From positions 1 through 9,278 of IMG/VR virus record IMGVR_UViG_2690316243_000015: 9,278 bases of DNA; one strand, 5' to 3'. The notes beneath the pieces are model-generated. The model worked only from the letters and a program-made list of their open reading frames with translations, did no database searches and was not told the origin of the DNA. Positions 6,986 to 9,278 of the stretch are shown one piece after another. The position numbers and the translations under genes are program-made. Position 1 is the first letter of the stretch, and each line of letters opens with the position of its first letter. This DNA is from a virus (Duplodnaviria; Heunggongvirae; Uroviricota; Caudoviricetes).

Positions 6986-7028
6986 TTTTACTATCGTGAT
7001 AGTAAAATTTACTATCACCTTTTTTTCC
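6986..7028. promoter_or_regulatory. Perfect 23-bp palindrome GTGATAGTAAAATTTACTATCAC (6996-7018) with an extra TACTATC half-site (6989-6995), followed by a T7 run; operator-like site or terminator
   Basis: Direct reading: three TACTATC/GATAGTA half-sites centred ~10-11 bp apart; lies ~95-125 nt upstream of the alpA ATG and overlaps the stop codon of the 282-aa gene. Confidence 0.4.
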
Positions 7029-7863
7029 CTGCCGTGGTGCGTTCTTCCGGTGTTCTGTCTGCGTCGGCTATGAGTTTCTTCAGGTAATCTATGGATGGCT
7101 CATCATAGCCGCCCCCCAAAAGCGCCCAGTGGTTTATTGTGGCGTTCGCCCATGCTTCGTTGGTTTCCTTCCCGTTCTTCCCTTTACACTCTTCTGGGTA
7201 GTGCCGCTTCACATAAATCAACGCCAAGAGGCAAATTTCGCGCTTTTGCCTGTGGCGCTCTCTGTTTCCGTGCTCAACGTTTTTAACATCCTCATAAAGA
7301 GCTTGTAAGTTTATGCGAGTTTCGGGGCTGTATATGGGCTGGTTTTTGTCCATGCATTCGCCGATATATTCAACCCACGGCCTTGTTATGTACAAATCCT
7401 CTACGGATATTTCGTGGAAGGCATGTTTTGTATAATCGAGAAAAAAATAATAATTCGCACTTACGTCTAGTTCTCTTTTTCTGTGTGCGGGGCTGAATAT
7501 GCGTGCGGGAGTGTCAATAGAATCAAGCCCTGCGATGTCGAGTATATAGGAGGCGTTAACATGCCATAGCCCAAGCACATGGCAATCTATATGATTTACA
7601 ACGCCTGCCTTAAAGCTTTTTTCGTCCTCTACTTCAGTGATTATGTCGGCAAGTAATAAGCAGTCTTCTTTGACGTCTGGGAATAAAGAGCAATTGCGGT
7701 AAAGACTCGCGATGCTATGTAATGTGCCGTCGTAGCCGCAAAGGTACGCGCTCAAATATATAGATTCTGCCGCCGCCATAATCAAAAGATCATCAATATC
7801 TATTTCTAATAATTCGGCTGCTCTGTTAAGCCTGAAAAAAGGGGCGGGTGGTAATTTTTTCAT
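7015..7863 (-). CDS. Hypothetical protein (282 aa); AT-rich orphan gene between int and alpA
   Basis: Intact ORF with AAGGTG Shine-Dalgarno 7 nt upstream. Hand GC counts on three 60-nt lines inside it give ~35-43%, against ~60% for sampled lines in int and the primase. No recognised catalytic motif. Confidence 0.6.
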   Translation of the reverse strand: MKKLPPAPFFRLNRAAELLEIDIDDLLIMAAAESIYLSAYLCGYDGTLHSIASLYRNCSLFPDVKEDCLLLADIITEVEDEKSFKAGVVNHIDCHVLGLWHVNASYILDIAGLDSIDTPARIFSPAHRKRELDVSANYYFFLDYTKHAFHEISVEDLYITRPWVEYIGECMDKNQPIYSPETRINLQALYEDVKNVEHGNRERHRQKREICLLALIYVKRHYPEECKGKNGKETNEAWANATINHWALLGGGYDEPSIDYLKKLIADADRTPEERTTAGKKR

Positions 7864-7958
7864 TGCGTCACCTTTTACGCTGCGCCTTATTTTGTGATTG
7901 AGCCAGGCGGTAAGGCTTCCCGCTTTTCGCCCCGTCGAGCTAGGCTCAATCTATTCAG

Positions 7959-9278
7959 TTAGTTCGCCCTTCTGAGAGGCGTTACGTTGTAGTCTTTTCC
8001 GCTTTCCAGTGCCACCAGCAGATCAGCCCACTGTGCCAGTGCTGCTTTACGCTCATCAAAATACTGATGGCGGTTATAAATCCCCTCTACGCCCTTAATG
8101 CGATGATTGAGGCATCGTTCCGCCACAACAGGATCAACACCCAACGCTGCTAAATGAGTACGTGCGGTGCGTCGAAAGTCGTGAATCGTGAAATTAGGCA
8201 CATCCGGCATTTCGGCGCGAACCTTAGCCAGTGCTACGGGTAAAGTGCTTTCCTGAATATGTGGGATCATTCTGTTTTGCATCTTCCTGGCCGGAAGCAC
8301 CCATGCGCTATTACATGAAAAGGTGTGTAGCTCTCTCAACCATTCAACGGCTGGGGAAGGTAGAGGTATATCAATAGGGTCTCCGTTTTTGCTGCGTTCT
8401 TCCGGCAAATGCCATACCGCACCATCTAAATCAAACTCTTCCCATCGTGCGGCGCATAATTCCATTTTGCGGACGCATAACGCTAACAGTAATTTGAACG
8501 TGATTTCGTTCTGGCGACTGAATCCCTTAGCCGTGCGCATGGCTTTGAATAGCTGGATTAACTCATCGCGGGTTAACCAGCGGTCACGGGCAGCTTCTTT
8601 CCCTCCGGCGTCTGCCACCTCAAAGGCTGAACAGGGGTTAATCTCTAGCGCGTGCCGTTTGATTCCGTAGTCGAATATGCGGCGCGTCCATCTCAGCACG
8701 TCCGTTGCTATGGTCGGCGCTCCACGGTCAACAATACCTTTCAGCATGTCATCGATATGGCGCGGTTTCACGTCCTCTACCTTCATGCTGCCAATGCAGG
8801 GGTTTATATCTTTGTCGATACGGCGGCGGAGTATATCGGGGTGCTTCCAGCGCGGGAGGATCTGACGCTCAAAGTATTCAGCGGCAAGCTCTGAAACGCG
8901 CATAGCGTTCTTCTCTGCTTCCATCTTCGCCAGTGCTTCGGTTTTGCGCTTCTGCTTCTCTCCTGCAACGTCATAGCCCAGCGCAACGCGAGCCGATAGC
9001 TCTTTGGCTGTCTCTCTGGCCTTTGATAGTGATAGCTCGCTATACGAACCAATTAGCATGGCGCGGGACTTCCCTGCGAGTTTATAGCGGAATCTCCATG
9101 TGGGGGTTTTGTCGGCTTCACGGTAACGTAGGTATAAACCGTTACCGTCTGCCCGCCCCTCGAATCGCTCTCCGCTCTTAATCCATGCGCGGATCTGCAT
9201 GTCTGTTAGTTTTGGCATTTTGCGAATATCCAAACTTTGAATAGGGGGTGTACCCAAAGCAATGTACCCAAACCTCAT
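7959..9278 (-). CDS. int: Tyrosine site-specific integrase (P4-like); 5' end at or beyond the window edge
   Basis: C-terminal catalytic region with HDFRRTARTHL (HxxR) and terminal IYNRHQYFDER (candidate catalytic Tyr); N-terminal region typical of phage integrase arm-binding domains. The ORF reaches the window edge at 9278; an internal ATG at 9216-9218 (MPKLTDMQIRAW...) is a plausible true start but has no clear Shine-Dalgarno. Confidence 0.9.
   Translation of the reverse strand: MRFGYIALGTPPIQSLDIRKMPKLTDMQIRAWIKSGERFEGRADGNGLYLRYREADKTPTWRFRYKLAGKSRAMLIGSYSELSLSKARETAKELSARVALGYDVAGEKQKRKTEALAKMEAEKNAMRVSELAAEYFERQILPRWKHPDILRRRIDKDINPCIGSMKVEDVKPRHIDDMLKGIVDRGAPTIATDVLRWTRRIFDYGIKRHALEINPCSAFEVADAGGKEAARDRWLTRDELIQLFKAMRTAKGFSRQNEITFKLLLALCVRKMELCAARWEEFDLDGAVWHLPEERSKNGDPIDIPLPSPAVEWLRELHTFSCNSAWVLPARKMQNRMIPHIQESTLPVALAKVRAEMPDVPNFTIHDFRRTARTHLAALGVDPVVAERCLNHRIKGVEGIYNRHQYFDERKAALAQWADLLVALESGKDYNVTPLRRAN

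Noticed and set aside
6996-7028. Plus-strand rho-independent terminator (hairpin plus T7 run)
   Set aside because: There is no credible plus-strand gene upstream whose transcript it would terminate, and the stem is AT-rich. It is kept as an operator-like or bidirectional regulatory element instead.
7959-9278. Attachment site or tRNA gene at the right edge
   Set aside because: The integrase ORF occupies the sequence up to the last base of the window, so any att or tRNA must lie beyond position 9278; nothing can be called here.

Overview
All credible genes in this 9.3-kb window are on the minus strand and tightly packed, most with a recognisable Shine-Dalgarno site and several with ATGA-type start/stop overlaps. 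The layout reads as the interior of an integrated P4-like or PICI-like satellite/genomic island from an enterobacterium. Reading right to left: tyrosine integrase (its 5' end is at or beyond the window edge), an AT-rich orphan 282-aa gene, an AlpA/Vis-type regulator, a 143-aa unknown, an AntA-family antirepressor, a five-gene block made of two paralogous pairs of small proteins around a 283-aa unknown, a P4 alpha-type primase/helicase (584 aa), a ~230-bp iteron array with an AT-rich tract (putative origin), then a four-gene operon of small protein, divergent SSB, HExxH metallopeptidase-like protein and a signal-peptide protein truncated by the window start. No rRNA, tRNA, CRISPR array or transposase was seen. 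The three places most likely to hold something undescribed are the AT-rich orphan gene at the int-alpA junction, the paralogue-flanked cassette upstream of the primase, and the SSB/peptidase operon downstream of the origin. All family assignments are from motifs recognised by eye; no database search was run.
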